DNA of 64,000 bases from Octopus vulgaris (Eukaryota), in the NCBI GenBank assembly GCA_951406725.2, contig OX597814.1, positions 110,298,001 to 110,362,000 on the forward strand, given 5' to 3'. Of this stretch, positions 48,544-62,659 are shown in pieces. The translations under genes and the position numbers were made by a program. Position 1 is the stretch's first letter. Each line of letters begins with the position of its first letter. The notes under the pieces are model-generated. The model was not told the origin of the DNA. It ran no database searches and saw only the letters and a list, made by a program, of their open reading frames with translations.

Positions 48544-49095
48544 GGCAGAATGATTACTGTGCAAAACAAAATGTTTAGCAGCATTTCTTCCAACTTTACA
48601 TTCCACTGAGGTTAGTTTTGTCTTTCATTCTTTCAGGGTTGATGTAATAAGTACCAGTTAAGCACTGGGGTCCCTCCCCCCAAATTGCTGGTCTTGTGCA
48701 AAAATTTGAAACCATTATTACTGCTGTTTGGGCAGTGGATTGGTGGAATTGTTGAAGTATTGGGCAAATTCAAAATACCTTGTAGTATTTATTCTGGCTC
48801 TTTGTTCTGAGTTCAAATCCCACTAATCCATGTGACATTTGATCAAAGTTTGTTCTTATAGTCAAAATTTTTCAGTCCCCCCACCCCTTAGACATTATGT
48901 ATCTAAGTTTATGTTACTTAATGCATGTTTCATAAAATATTTAGGTTTGATTTTAGAGATATTAGTTGCTATTTCTATGTTGAGTGACCATGCTGAGGTT
49001 CCTACTTTTAGTTTGGAGTTAAGGATAGAAACCACAGAAATTTTGCCAGACCTCTCAATAGAGATACTCTAGAAAGTGTTTTTTCTGTAATTTAA

Positions 49096-49312
49096 CCCTT
49101 TTGATACCAATCCATCTGAGACCACCCCTCCTGTTCTTTCATACAAACTTCCTGTTTTAAAGTGATCTAAATTAAAACCTTCCATCAAATTTCCATCTTA
49201 ATTTGTGTTCCAAACACCAGCTTAGTTATGACATTATTTTGATAAATTCTTCATTGTTTTCAAAATTAATTCATACTAAAGCAGTATGTATAAAAATATG
49301 GTAACAAAATGG
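49096..49312. mobile_element. piggyBac-type MITE family 1
   Basis: TTAA|CCCTTTTGATACC ... GGTAACAAAATGG|TTAA. Confidence 0.8.
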
Positions 49313-49827
49313 TTAAACCCTGCCAACCAACATGTCTTCTAAATTATCAGATGGAAAATTTGCATCAATATACAATACTTTTCTCAAAAGATATTAGCAG
49401 CATTATGTAACCGAATCTCAGGTATTGCTTATTGGCACCATATCTCCTCTCTTACCTTATTCACTTTCCTGATAAATTAACATTTCCAAATTGATTATCC
49501 CCACCACTACCATCAACACTTTGTGTAAAACATTTCAGAATATTTAAATTTTCACTTCCTTTAGTTTACAGATTTTGTGAGAGAATTTAGTTTTCTGTTT
49601 TCATATATGTTGCCAAAAGTAACATTGCGTCTTGTTTCAATAAAATGCTTGCACTATGTAACCAGCATTGATTTTAGTATCTTGGCTTATGTTCAAACTC
49701 CATAAATAACAAGTGAAGACTTTACACTTATTTTTCAGTAATTTTTCCCAGTAGTTATAATATAACTACTGAGGAAAATTTTGCTTCCGTTTGTTTCTCT
49801 GTGCATTATTTGACAGAATAACAGAGG

Positions 49828-49858
49828 TAGATAGATTGATAGATAGATAGATTGATAG

Positions 49859-49898
<40 letters not shown>

Positions 49899-50030
49899 GT
49901 AGAGGGACGTAGATGGATAGATGAATGGATGTAGATAGATAGATGGATGGGTGGATATAGATAGATAGACGGATGTAGAAAGATAGAGAGATGGATGGAT
50001 GGATGTAGATAGGTAGATAGATAGATAAAT
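49828..50030. repeat. (GATA/GATG)n microsatellite
   Basis: Direct reading. Confidence 0.93.
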
Positions 50031-50314
50031 GGAGGGAGAAGATAGTTAGTAAGGTAGACAGAAGACAGAGAGAGGCCAAGAGATAGATATTATATATTGT
50101 TTGCTGAATGATAAGATATTGCAACCAATAAACCAACTGCTCAACACCTCCAGTATTTTCTTGAAACTTGTGCCCAATCTAATTTTCAAGATAAACATTA
50201 ATAAAAGTTCCTCTTCTCATTAATGTCTCCTTGCCAGAGTTCTGGCAATATTTTACTGCAACGCATTGAACCGTATAATAATCTTCCTCTAACAGAATGA
50301 TATGTTGCTTCTGC

Positions 50315-50316
<2 letters not shown>

Positions 50317-50393
<77 letters not shown>

Positions 50394-50405
50394 GAGAGAG
50401 AGAGA
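50317..50405. repeat. (TG)n-(GA)n microsatellite
   Basis: Direct reading. Confidence 0.95.
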
Positions 50406-50434
50406 GACAAACAGACAGACAAATGGAAGGAAGG

Positions 50435-50580
50435 GAAAGAATAAATGGGAATCAACCTTTCTTTCAGACATATTTTATTAAACATATGATTTTGTTCTGT
50501 TTACGTTTTGAGCATATTTACTTTAGATTTTCTCATATTTCGTTATTAATTTTGTCTTTATATTCAACAGAATGTCCATT
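50435..50580 (-). pseudogene. Penelope-like element ORF N-terminal relic
   Basis: Frameshifted KTKLITKYEKI*SK...MFNKICLKERLIPIY resembles the recalled 'YEK...FN..CL.E.L.P.Y' start of Penelope/Naiad ORFs. Confidence 0.45.
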
Positions 50581-51354
50581 CCATCTTACAAAGCTGGATG
50601 CATTTTGCATTGGTATTTCTTTTTTTTTATATTTTTTTTCTTTTTAATTTTCTTTTCTATTGAATATTCTAAAGGAATGCTGAGATTAATAAAATGGCAT
50701 TAATAGGAAAGTTTTAATTAACACTCTCCACTGCCCTCAGTATATTGTTTTGTATGTGTGTGTGTGTGTTGTTTATGTTGGATGTATTGAGATATCAATA
50801 TTGTCTGTACAACTCAGCATTGTTTCAATTTGTGAACAATCCTATATTTAATAACAGTTGAGTTCTCTCTGTGTTCTCTTCTTGCACAGTGATGAGGAGG
50901 AGGAGGAGGGATGGTAGCGAGAAGGAAGAGGATGATGGTGATGAAGATGGAACTATTGTAGATAAAAATCATTTAAAATAAGGGTGGTGAGGTGGATGGT
51001 GACAATGATGATGAAGCCAAATGTTGGCTCTAAAACCAATTTACTTTAAAATATCCCTTACACATCTTCAGACTATTGATTGTTACATTTACAGTCCACC
51101 AGTTCAAGTTTGGTGTGGCTGTAACAAATGTTAAAAGCTTCACTTCAGACTTGTTCCATTCCATTTTTATGCCTAGATTCAGTTATTTCTTTCAACTGCA
51201 GTTCAATTTTTTGCAAAAGAAGCAGCTCAATACCATAATGCTTCTCCAGTATCTTATGGGGACTGATTTTCTTGATCGAAAATAAATAAATCAGCTCCAA
51301 GAAAATTTGATCCGAGGACAATGAGGCACCAAATTTTGGGCCCCTATGAAGTGC

Positions 51355-51545
51355 CTAGTATGGCTCTGTGTCATAAAGCATCTATCATGGCTTTGTCATT
51401 AAGCATATCATAAATCATCTGTCATGGCTCTGTCATAAAATATCTTGTATGTATAGTTCTATATAAGACACCTCCTATAGTTCTCTGTTACAAAACATCT
51501 AGTATGGTTCTATGTCATAAAATATCTTGTACGTTCTATATGAAC
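51355..51545. repeat. Diverged ~26-bp minisatellite (CTAGTATGGCTCTGTGTCATAAAGCAT-like)
   Basis: About 6 degenerate units. Confidence 0.7.
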
Positions 51546-53556
51546 AATCATCATTTTCCTTGCAAATATTTAATTATAATAATGACAGGAACCTAATTTA
51601 ATTATCTGCTCCATTAGTTTTGTTTAGATTGTTACTACCAAAGTCATTGAAAGCTAAGTTGAAAAGGAAGTCAACAACAGCAAAAAATGAATCTTATCAT
51701 TCACACAATTAAGTAATGTTTCAGTGTCTGTTACACTAATTACAATAATTATTACAATAAATGGTTGTAGTAAGCATTCTTTCAAAGGACATCAGCACTA
51801 ATAAATCCACAAGTATCACCCAGGGAACTGCAGAAACTAAGAGAGTAAAATAGATAACTATCTGGTTTATAAATCTGTGATATTATTTGTTGCTTCATAA
51901 TAAATTTCCTATCTTTTCCTTTCTCTCTTTTACTGTTTTGTGTCCGTGTGTCCTTCTTTGCTTTTTTTGAGGGGGTTTGCTGGTCCTTTCAGTTGATAAT
52001 ATTACCCATTCCTCTTTCTGCATCATCATTTTCTACCATTGGACCTGCAGTTTCTAGCTGAGCCAGCATTCCACTGGTGTTGGTGAATAGTTCTGTAAGC
52101 TTTCATAGTATGTATGTCTCTTGCAGTCGAAGTTAAAAGGAAAATCAGTCATATAGAACATCAGAGAATGTCATGGTAAAGTGAGTAAATATATCATATA
52201 ACCTCACATATATGTCTTCTACGTTATTCTACTTTGCATGCCATTGGTTCCAAATCATTGTGTTTCTAACACCAACAGATGCTTAAACAACCACATACTT
52301 AATCCCATGAGTATTGTTCAGTCAATTAATTATGCTTTCATCCATTGTTGTTGTTGATGATGATGAAAACTAATGTTATTGCTGTGTCATAGGATTTTAC
52401 TCATAGAAAGAGCTGGCTTCTGAATATCTACCAATGTAACATCATCAGTGAAGGCACATACATGGCTGTTTGATTAAGAAGTTGGCTTTCCTGTCGTGAC
52501 TTTTAGGTTCATTTCCACTCCACATCTTTTTCGGCAAGTGTTTACTATAGCCTTGTGAGTGGATTCAGGAGACAGAAACTGAAAAAACAGCCTGGTGTGT
52601 GTGTGTGCACATGCATTTGTTCATGTTTGTATATCTTCAAAAAATCATTGGGCTGCAAACAGTGATGCTGTTATTTCTGCTGGTACAATTCATCTACTGA
52701 CTTTGCTTCTTCAAAGATGTGTGGGATAAAAGGCCCCTTTCTTGAAAAACAGGTAAGGGTTAGCAACAGGAAATGCAACCAGCTATTAAACAATGCCTTG
52801 GCATTCTATTTCTCTTATCCACGCTGGTGTAGAACTACAAATGTAAAACCTACTAAACATCCTTGTTCATGTCAATTATTAATGTGATAGTGAATATTAT
52901 AGAAAACAAATTTTCCACTGACATGTTTACAAAACAGTTAAAATTTTTGTCATTTTCAGCCATTCCCCTTTCACTTAATACATTTCATAAGAATGAGGTT
53001 TACTGTTTCTCATTATCATCATCATCATTGTTTTAACATCCATTTTTCCATGCTTGTATGAGTTAGACGGAATTCACTGAGGCAGATTTTGTGCTGCGAG
53101 ATACCTTTCCTGTTATCACCCTCTTCAGTTTCCATGTGAGGTAATATTTCCCTTTAGCCAGACACCATTCTTCAAGGGAGACTGGAAATGAATGATACAG
53201 TTTGTATGACAGTGACACTTTCTTACAACTATCCTGTAAAGCCAACACACACACACACACACACACACACATTCATGATATACATGTGTTTGTGTGATGG
53301 ATGTCTTTCCATTTTTGCCCACCATATCCACTCACAAGGCATTGGCTGACTTTGGGCTGTAGCAGAACTAGCTCAAGGTGCATCTATGTCTGTACCTCCT
53401 CTGAAAGTTTGAAATCCATAATTAGAGAAGAAATAATTATAAATCAGTAAGTAGCGAATGCCTGAATGTTTAGATTAAGATCTCAATGAACCTTGTCAGG
53501 CCATGTTATGGTTTTGCACGTGAAACTGTTCCTCTTATGTCACAAACACATCTATA

Positions 53557-53938
53557 CTCTTTTACTTGTTTCAGTCATTTGACTGTGGCCATGCTGGAAC
53601 ACCGCCTTTAGTCGAGCAGATCGACCCCAGGAGTTATTCTTTGTAAGCCTAGTACTTATTCTATCGGTCTCTTTTGCCAAACCGCTAAGTTACGGGGACG
53701 TAAACACACCAGCATCGGTAGTCAAGCGATGTTGGGGGGACAAACACAGACACACAAACATACACACACATACATATATACGACAGGCTTCTTTCAGCTT
53801 CCGTCTACCAAATCCACTCACAAGGCTTTGGTCGGCCCGAGGCTATAGTAGAAGGCACTTGCCCAAGGTGCCACACAGTGGGACTGAACCCAGAACCATG
53901 TGGTTGGTAAGCAAGCTACTTACCACACAGCCACTCCT
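53557..53938 (-). mobile_element. Full-length, relatively young SINE B
   Basis: Head CAGGAGTGGCTGTGTGGTAAGTAGCTTGC through to the tail; many CpGs retained. Confidence 0.92.
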
Positions 53939-54877
53939 GAGCCTATTCAACTATTTTAATCAAATTTTCCTATTTTTCTTTCTTCTTGAAGCAGAAGTTA
54001 ATACAAACTTTTGTGGAGCTGGTTTCATTTCAATTCCTAGTTGTCGTCATTCCAATTTCTCTTGTATCATTAGAATCTTTGGGGCAGTTACCATTATCAA
54101 ACATTCTTGTGTCTCTTCACTTTAATTCTAAAATTTATTATTTTATCCCCTTTTATTATCAGATTCCTGTTGAAATATCCCCTCTTTATTTCAATTAGTT
54201 TGGGAAATAATGAAGAATATAGTAAAACTTAAATTAGCATGAAATTTTAAAGGGTAATTTCAATTTAGATCACTTTAAAACAGGAATCTTCTACTATAGA
54301 AACATGGGCACTCTTGGACAGGATGGTATTAAAAGAGTGTAAGAAACCAGTGGTTCCTATATGCATCAGTGTATAAACCTACCTACCAATGTGTGTGTGT
54401 GTGTGCGATGCATGAACATATTCTCGCTGTTTTTTGCTTCTCTTATAATTGTTTTTTGTTTTTTCCTCAAACTTGTAGCTCACTCGTTTTGTATCCAAAT
54501 AACTTGATAAAAAACATAACTTAGACAAATGATGTTTGTTTTTCATTTTACATAGTTATCTGTGAAATAAAGAAAAATGGCGTTTCCTAGCTACAGGAGT
54601 TTTGAGATGCTAAAGCAAGATTAGACATTCAGATTTTGTTTTTCCAATAAATAATGCTCATCATATATCCAAGTCACACACACACACACAAAAAAAGCCA
54701 AAAGGCAAAGTAGGTTTCTTTTATTAATTTTGAAATAATTATCTGTGAAATAAAAAAAAATTAGGTTTCTTATTTTCAGAATTATCTGAGTTGGTTAAAA
54801 CAATCAAGGAAGTAAACAAACTGGATAAAGACTATCTTCAGAACCCTATACAAATGTGTGTCCATCCATAAATATAT

Positions 54878-55160
54878 ATCATCATCATCGTTTAACGTCC
54901 GCTTTCCATGCTATAGCATAGGTTGGATGATTTTGACTGAAGGCTGGCAAACTAGATGGCTGCACCAGGCTCCAATCTTGATCTGGCAGAGTTTCTACAG
55001 CTGGATGCCCTTCCTAACGCCAACCACTCCGAGAGTGTAGTGGGTGCTTTTTACATGCCACCGGCACAGGGGCCAGTCAGGCGGTACTGGCAATGACCTC
55101 GCTCGAATCTTTTTACACGTGCCACAGTGAAGCGACGTTGGTAACGATCACGCTCGAATG
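54878..55160 (-). mobile_element. Young RTE 3'-tail repeat (family C)
   Basis: CATCATCATCGTTTAACGTCCGCTTTCCATGCT...CTACAGCTGGATGCCCTTCCTAACGCCAACCACTCCGAGAG. Confidence 0.88.
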
Positions 55161-55174
55161 ATGTCATATTTATA

Positions 55175-55700
55175 TTCTTTTGCTCTTACTTGTTTCAGTC
55201 ACTTGATTGTGGTTATGCTGGAGTACCACCTTTAGTCAAACAAGTTGACCCCAGGACTTATTCTTTGTAAGCCTAATACTTATCCTATCGGTCTCTTTTG
55301 CCAAACCACTAAGTTACAGGGACATAAACACACCAGCATCAGTTGTCAAGCAATGATGGGGGGACAAATACAGACACACAAACATATACATATATATATA
55401 ATGGGCTTCTTTCAGTTTCCATCTACTAAATCCTCTCACAAAGCTTTGGTTGGCCTGAGGCTATGGTGGAAGACACTTGCCCAAGGTACCATGCAGTGGG
55501 GCTAAACCTGGAACCATGTGGTTGGGAAGCAAGCTTCTTACCACATAGCCACATCTGCACCTATATATACACACACCCAACAACATGGTTCTGGGTTTAG
55601 TCCTACTGCTTGGCACATGTCTTCTACTATACTTTCAGGCCAACCAAAGTTTTGTGAATGGATTTGGTAAATGGAAACTGAAAGAACCCCTATTTTGTGT
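55175..55700. mobile_element. Head-to-head inverted pair of SINE B copies
   Basis: Minus copy 55175-55562, plus copy 55576-55700. Confidence 0.85.
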
Positions 55701-55751
55701 GTGTATGTGTTGTGTACATATATTATATAGGTGTGAGTGTGTATATATATA

Positions 55752-55782
<31 letters not shown>

Positions 55783-56575
55783 ATAGACATAGACACATCC
55801 CTACCTGACATAATTTCTTAATAGTGTTTCTTATGATGAGTGAAAGCTCATAGCCTAATAATTAGTGTGTTGGACGTACAATAATTAGGTTGTCAGTTCA
55901 ATTCTCAGATCAGGAGCTACATTGTGTCCTTGAGCAAGACCTTTCATTTCTCATCTGAAAAGGCATTACCAGAAACAGCTGGAAGAGGTGAGCCACAACA
56001 AACTTAGCATCTCATTCAATCCTGTACCCTCAATCACCTAAGGCCCCAGTTTAATAATCCTATAAGCTCAGGGCACACATCCGATATGATTGCAGTGATG
56101 TACAGTTATTTAGTATAATTCTCTTTCTCCCATTACATACAGAAGAAGATTATTGATTGTTATTTTTTAACCCCAGGTCAACTCTAATTGGACAGACCTA
56201 CAATCAAAGACTTTCTAGCTCTGACCTTCCCAGTGCCCTAGTGGTTAGGGTGTTGAGCTCACAATCATAAAGTCATTGGTTCAATTCCTGCACCAGGCAA
56301 CAAGTTATATCCTTGAACAATCACATCATTTCACATTACTTTTGCCCACTTGGCTAGAAATGAGTACCAACCACCTACTGGTACAGCATTCTTTTGCACT
56401 TTTCAGCAGTCACATCTTGGATGTTCCACTGGATCAGGGGTGGGAGGGTCCAAGAGGATGTCTATATCTGCTCATGACTACATTTGGCACTTAAAATAAT
56501 TAGTGAAGGCAATTACATGCTACCAAGTCCTACTCGCTAAGCAAGACTACATGACCTAATGTGGCCTTTCTTTAA

Positions 56576-57142
56576 CCCTTTTCCATTTAAACCAGCCATA
56601 ACTGGCCCTAATATTCTACCTGCTTTATGTTGAAACCAGCCAGATCTGGTCTCTCACACCTACCCTACAATGTCATTCTAAAAATAAACAATCACACCAT
56701 CAAAACCATGAGATAATGCATGATTAATTCAATAATTCAAACATTACATTTAACAGAATATTCTTTTATTTGTTTCAGTCATTTGACTGCAGCCATACTG
56801 GAGCACCGCCTTTAGTCAAACAAATTGACTCCAAAACTTATTCTTTGTAAGCCTAGTACTTATTCTATCAGTCTCTTAAGCTGAACCACTAAGTTATGAG
56901 GACGTAAACATACCAACATTGGTTTTCAAGTGATGGTGGTGGGGACAAACAGACACACAAACACACACATATATATACATACATACGATGAGCTTCTTTC
57001 AGTTTCCATCTACCAAACCTACTCATGAGGCTTTGGTTGGCCTGAGGCTATAGTAGAAGACACTTTCCCAAGGTGTCATGCAGTGGGACTGAACCCAGAA
57101 CCATATGGTTGGTAAGCAAGCTATTTACCACACAGCCACTCC
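56576..57142. mobile_element. piggyBac MITE family 2 (56576-56760) abutting a SINE B (56762-57142, minus)
   Basis: Homology to the other copies in the window. Confidence 0.8.
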
Positions 57143-60049
57143 TTGGGAAATTTGGTTGCTATTTCTAACAAGTAGAATGACCATGTAAAGAGCACCTCTT
57201 GTCTATGGCCTTTGTATTTTTAGTGAAGCATAAAAAAAAAAAGCAGAAGAGTTGATGTCACTAAAGTTATTTACTTATTTATAGTCTGTATTCAATTTTG
57301 TCTTCTCTACAAAAATAACTTCAATGTAGAATGAGGAAACTATTGTTCTTTCTTTAGATAATACCTTGGAGTTATTTACTGTCTAAATGATTCTATTGTT
57401 CTATGCCAACTCACATACATTCTTGCATATAAGTATACTTAGTGATCCTCCCATCTCTATTCCAGCGTGTTCAATGACATGTATATTTCAGTGATGAAGA
57501 CCTCATAAGATTCAAACATGTCTGGAGTTGTCTCCCTTACCCTTTTGTTTATTTTCTTTTGTTTCAATCATTAGACTGTGACCATGCTGGGGCACTACAT
57601 TGAGGAATTTTAGTCAAACTAATCAAACATGGTACTTATTTTTTTGAACCTGAGACTTATTCTATCAGACAGTTTTGTTAAACTGCTAAGTTATGGGGAC
57701 ATAAACAAACTAACACCAGTTGTCAAGCTGTTATGAGGAACAAAGATACACATACATAGCCATATATACAACAGGCTTCTTTCAGTTTCTGTCTACCAAA
57801 TCCACTCGAGGCTTTGGTTGGGTTGGGGCTATAGTTTGAAGACACTTGCAAAAGGTGCCGTGTGGGGGGGTTGAACTCAAAACCATGTATTTACAAAACA
57901 AGCTTCTTAATCACACAGTCATGCATTGAAATAATTAGTAAAAGTCTAATATTGTTCTTCCCTCATTATATTATTATTCCTAATTAACTAATTAATGTTT
58001 ATGACAAAATATGTTAATTCTCTGAAAGTTAAAGATAAATTTCATATTTTGACTCAAGGTCATAAATAACTCAGGTAAGGTTGTGTGTATGTGTGTGTGT
58101 ATGTCTATATGTATATATTTATGCATGTATGTGATGGCCCAGCTGTGGCTTGCAAACTGCATGTGGTCCTTGAAGTTTCTATGTGTGGCTTCGATGGTAA
58201 TATTGGGTTTCACTGCTGTTCTTTCCTATAAATACTATGCAGCCATGCACACAAACACACACAAATATATGTGTCTATGTGTAAATATTATTCTTATGGT
58301 TATGTGTATATATGTGTTTGTGTGTATGTGCATGTATGTGTATATATGGTCACTTCAATCAATTCCTCTTGTTGGTATTTAACCTCAGGTTAGATCTATG
58401 ACTTAAGACATTCCACTCATGCCCATTCTTTCTTAGTATATAGAACTACTTTATCTTTATTTTTATGTCCTTCGTATTTTTCAAGACAATTGGGTGTTAT
58501 TTAGTGAGAGGGCAGCTTGATTGCTATTTCAAGCAAGCCAACCAATCACCTAGAGGCTCCTTCATTGGTTTGGAATCATGTCAGTGTATCACTGGTACAT
58601 ATTTAATCAACCGTAACAAGATGAAGACAAACTTAACCCCATTAAGATTTAAACTTGGAGCATAAAGAGAAAATACTAATTTTGTGTGACACTGTTCTAC
58701 TGTTTCTGCAGCTCTCTGATGTTTGCAGTGGAAATATTTTTGGGTGAAAGAAGAGGCTTAAAATAAACATACTGGGGAGAGATTAATTATCTGTGGGGGA
58801 AGGGGGTACATATGTATGTCGTGTGTTTGTGAGCATGTGTACATTGTGTATGTTTTATGTGCATGTTTATGTTGTGTGTGTGTGTTGTGTGCACAAGTAT
58901 GCCGTGTGTGTGTGTGTGTGTGTTTTGATATTTTTTATTTATATATTTATTCTCAGCCATAAATTACTTATAGCAAACACAACCTAACGCTGATAATAAT
59001 GACCTGAATATGTTGGTTGCCCTTGAAATATTGTGGAACAATACTGAATTGAGAGGAGAGCTATGAGTTCTTTCTTCAGTATACTCCACCCGATCATTAG
59101 CCCATCTTATTATGGCATAAAATACCCAAATGTATAAATATTCATTCATTAAACATTGGGGGGAGGGGGTGGGTCCATGCCAGCATGGGTTAGATGAAAA
59201 CATATTTGAAGCAGAATTTTACAGCCAGATGCTCTTCTTGTCACCAATTGTTAGCTTTCTTTTCTCATGTGAAGGACTTCTTTTATTTTACAGCTTTAAT
59301 TCCAAAGTGCAAAGCAAGTGGTCATCAACAAAGAATGTCAACATTCTGACATGGGTATACACACATACATGATGGTTATCAACTCATCAAATGAGTATGA
59401 CCATAGCTGACTAAATAAATGAGTACAACCGGTGGCATGTAAAGAGCACCCACTACACTCACGGAGTGGTTGGCATTAGGAAGGGCATCCAGTTGTAGAA
59501 ACACTTCCAGATCAAACTGGAGCCTGATGCAGCCTCTTGGCTTCCCAGACCCCAGTTGAACCATCTAACCCATGCTAGCATGGAAAATGGACATTAAACG
59601 ATGATGATGATGACCATGGCTGACTAAATAAAATGCTAAACTTAAAGAAAGCATTCAGTTAGCAGTACAGGAGATAACTCCTGAAATGCTTCAAAGTGGA
59701 TAGATTTGAAATTTGCAGGGATACAGATGGAGCACAGGTTGAAAATTTTAAAATAAAGTTTTGACATAAAATTTATAAATCTATTTGTTTTGGTATCATA
59801 ATTAGATAAGAAACATCAAATTCTGTCAGTTTTTTTTTTTTTAATTTGTCTGATTTCATTGAAATAGATAGTTAATTCTGGGACCCCCTGTAGTTTGTAG
59901 GAGGTCTTTCTACATGGTTTTCTTGTGGCTCACCAGGCCTGTGTGAGACATATATATGTTGCCACAGACTTCAGACTGAGAAACTGTAGGGTCAATGGCA
60001 TAGTCTTTTCGTGCTGATCTCCTTATGCATGACCCCTCATTTCCATTTT

Positions 60050-60226
60050 GCTGGAATGTGCTCACTCCATCATAGACATTTTGCTTCCAAGTTTTCTTAT
60101 TGTATGATATACCTTCTCACTCCTGTTTTGAAATCTCACAGATTCCAAGTGATTCTTTTAGGTTGTCCTTAAACCACTTTCTTGGCTTATTTTGTGGTCA
60201 AGTGCCTTGTGACAGTTCACCATACC
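60050..60226 (-). pseudogene. RTE/BovB-like LINE ORF2 C-terminal relic
   Basis: Minus translation YGELSQGT*PQNKPRKWFKDNLKESLGICEISKQE*EGISYNKKTWKQNVYDGVSTF matches the YGEL..G.R..G..KR.KD.LK motif. Confidence 0.75.
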
Positions 60227-60229
60227 TAT

Positions 60230-60461
60230 TTCTTTACTACCCACAAGGGGTTAAACACAGAGGGGACAATCAAGGACAGACACATGGATTAAGTCGATTA
60301 CATCGACCCCCAGTGCGTAACTGGTACTTAATTTATCGACCCCGAAAGGATGAAAGGCAAAGTCGACCTCGGCGGAATTTGAACTCAGAACGTAACGGTA
60401 GATGAAATACGGCTACGTATTTTGCCCGACTTGCTAACGTTTCTGCCAGCTCGCCGCCTTT
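60230..60461 (-). mobile_element. Young full-length SINE A with 17-bp TSD
   Basis: CpG-intact. TSD CAGTTCACCA(T/C)ACCTAT at 60213-60229 and 60462-60478. Confidence 0.93.
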
Positions 60462-60928
60462 CAGTTCACCACACCTATGTACAGACACACACACGTGTGT
60501 ATGTTTGTGTATGGTGAACTTCTTTCGGTTTCTTTTTAACCATATTCACTCACAAGACACTGGTCAGCTCAGAGCCATATTAAATAACACTCAAGGTGCC
60601 ATGCTATGGAACGGAGCTCAAAACTACATGGTTTCAAAGCAAACTTCTTAACCACACGACCACACCTGTGCCTATAAACTACAAACAGTTTAAGAGAAGT
60701 TTAAGGTCATCAGTAATAATTGTTATGTATGATAATTTCTCCCACAACATTCAAGAGCTTCTTAATACCAGTACCAATATGTTTAAAATGTGAGAAAGGT
60801 GCTCCATGTGGAAAAGCAGTCATTATGAAACTGCTTACATAGACCATTGAAAAGCATTGCTATAAAAATGTTTAAGCAAAAATCTTGTTACAACCCCAAC
60901 TGTTGTTAAAAAGTCTGTGCTTAACCTC

Positions 60929-61212
60929 TCAACATCAAGGTCCCATTGACATCAAAGTCCCGTTGACATCAAACTCCTTGTTGACTTGAAAGTTCCATCA
61001 ACATATAAGTCCTGTCGACTTCAAGCACTCCCCCACCCCAAACATGAAAGCCTCTTCAACATCAAAGCCACCCTGAACATCAAGTTCTCATGGACACCAA
61101 GTCTCCATTAACATAAAAGTCACTGTGAATGTGAAGTCCATATTGTATGAGATCTGTCAACATCAAAATTCCATTGACATCAAGGCCCTGTCAATGTCAA
61201 AACTGTCAATAT
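60929..61212. repeat. Diverged ~17-bp minisatellite (TTGACATCAAAGTCCCG-like)
   Basis: Roughly 15 degenerate units, e.g. TCAACATCAAGGTCCCA, TTGACATCAAAGTCCCG. Confidence 0.8.
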
Positions 61213-62659
61213 GGAGACCTTCATCCACATCTCTACATCTCACAGCCATACCTACACCTGCATATTAAATATGCCTTTCCAAAATCACCAAGGGAAGATT
61301 TGAACCTGAGTTTTTGCTCTAAGCATCAATTAAGGTATTAAAATGGTGTTGCTGTTTTTGTTTTGACTGTTTGCTTCAGTTGTTGATGGCAATATCTGCA
61401 AGTGACTGTTGATGAGTTAATGGAAGGAAGTTCCATTTCAGAGACAGAAAATTTTAAAATCATTGACAACACTTCTGTCATTGCTAGGGTGTTGCAGTCA
61501 TTGGTCTGCCATAAATAAGATGTGATTTTGAAAGACTTCCAATTGAAATGAACACATCTTGAATTTCATGTACAGAACAGCTTTCAAATTCACAGATTCC
61601 ATTCTTATCTCTATCAAATTCGTCATCAGATTTGATAAGACCCATCTCTAAAACTACTCCTATATGTGTTGGCCATTGCTGTAACTCCACACCAACAAAC
61701 TTTTTTTTACTACTGGAATGAACATGACCCAGATTTGTTGAAAGAGAATCCACGCATGTGCTGATATCTCTTGCAGTCTCCACAGTTGACAAATTGAATT
61801 CTTCACATACACTCTTTGTGAAATAGTGCCTTCGTAACCATGCACTAATTGCTTTTCATTATAGACTTGAATTCTCAAATTTCCACTTCTTTTGTACTGA
61901 GAAATGAATATTGAAGTATATTGTAACATGACAACACTACAACGAGTACCACCCTGCATGGGGACAGTGCTAGTGAAATAAATCATAATGGACCTGTCTG
62001 TCATTGGATTTCAAGTGAACAACCCACTCACCCCTACAAACTTTTTGAAACAAGATGTGAGGGGTGAAATTCAAGCCATGGTCAAAGTGTCACTCACACA
62101 CACATACAAAATCACCACCACCATCACATAATGCTATTTTAGTAATAGAGGCCAACAAAGAGGACTCTACAGGATTTATAATGCAGGCAAAAGGCCACAA
62201 ATTTGGGGACAGAACATAGTCAATTATCATCATCATTATTCTTTTCATCCTTTCAAGAGAAGTGGGGTCAATAAAAATAAAATACCAGTTAACTACTGGG
62301 GTCAAATATGGGACCTGGCTCAGTACATGCAACAGAGTGGACTCCATTAACCAAATTTCATTCACATAGCTTTGGTCAGCCTGAGTCCCGAAATTTCAAT
62401 CCTTCTCTCTGTCTGTTATCATCATTGTCATATACATGTCCACTTTACCATGCCTGTATGGGTTGGATGGAATCCATTGAAACAGATTTTCTATGGCCAA
62501 ATGCCTTCTTCACCTGTTTCTTAACAAGGTAATATTTCTCCATGGCTGAATGTTTTCATAGATGATTCAAAACGTGTGTGTGTGTGTACGTGTTACACAC
62601 AATACACATATAGAAGACACTTGCCCAAGAGGGCTGCACAGTGAGATTGAATTTGAAAC

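Noticed and set aside
52006-52180. Candidate exons on either strand (+52127-52180; -52006-52093 ELFTNTSGMLAQLETAGPMVENDDAERGM)
   Set aside because: The + candidate has stops in all three frames; the - candidate has weak splice sites and no recognisable homology.
60929-61212. CRISPR-like array
   Set aside because: The units are contiguous degenerate tandem repeats without unique spacers, in eukaryotic DNA with no cas genes.
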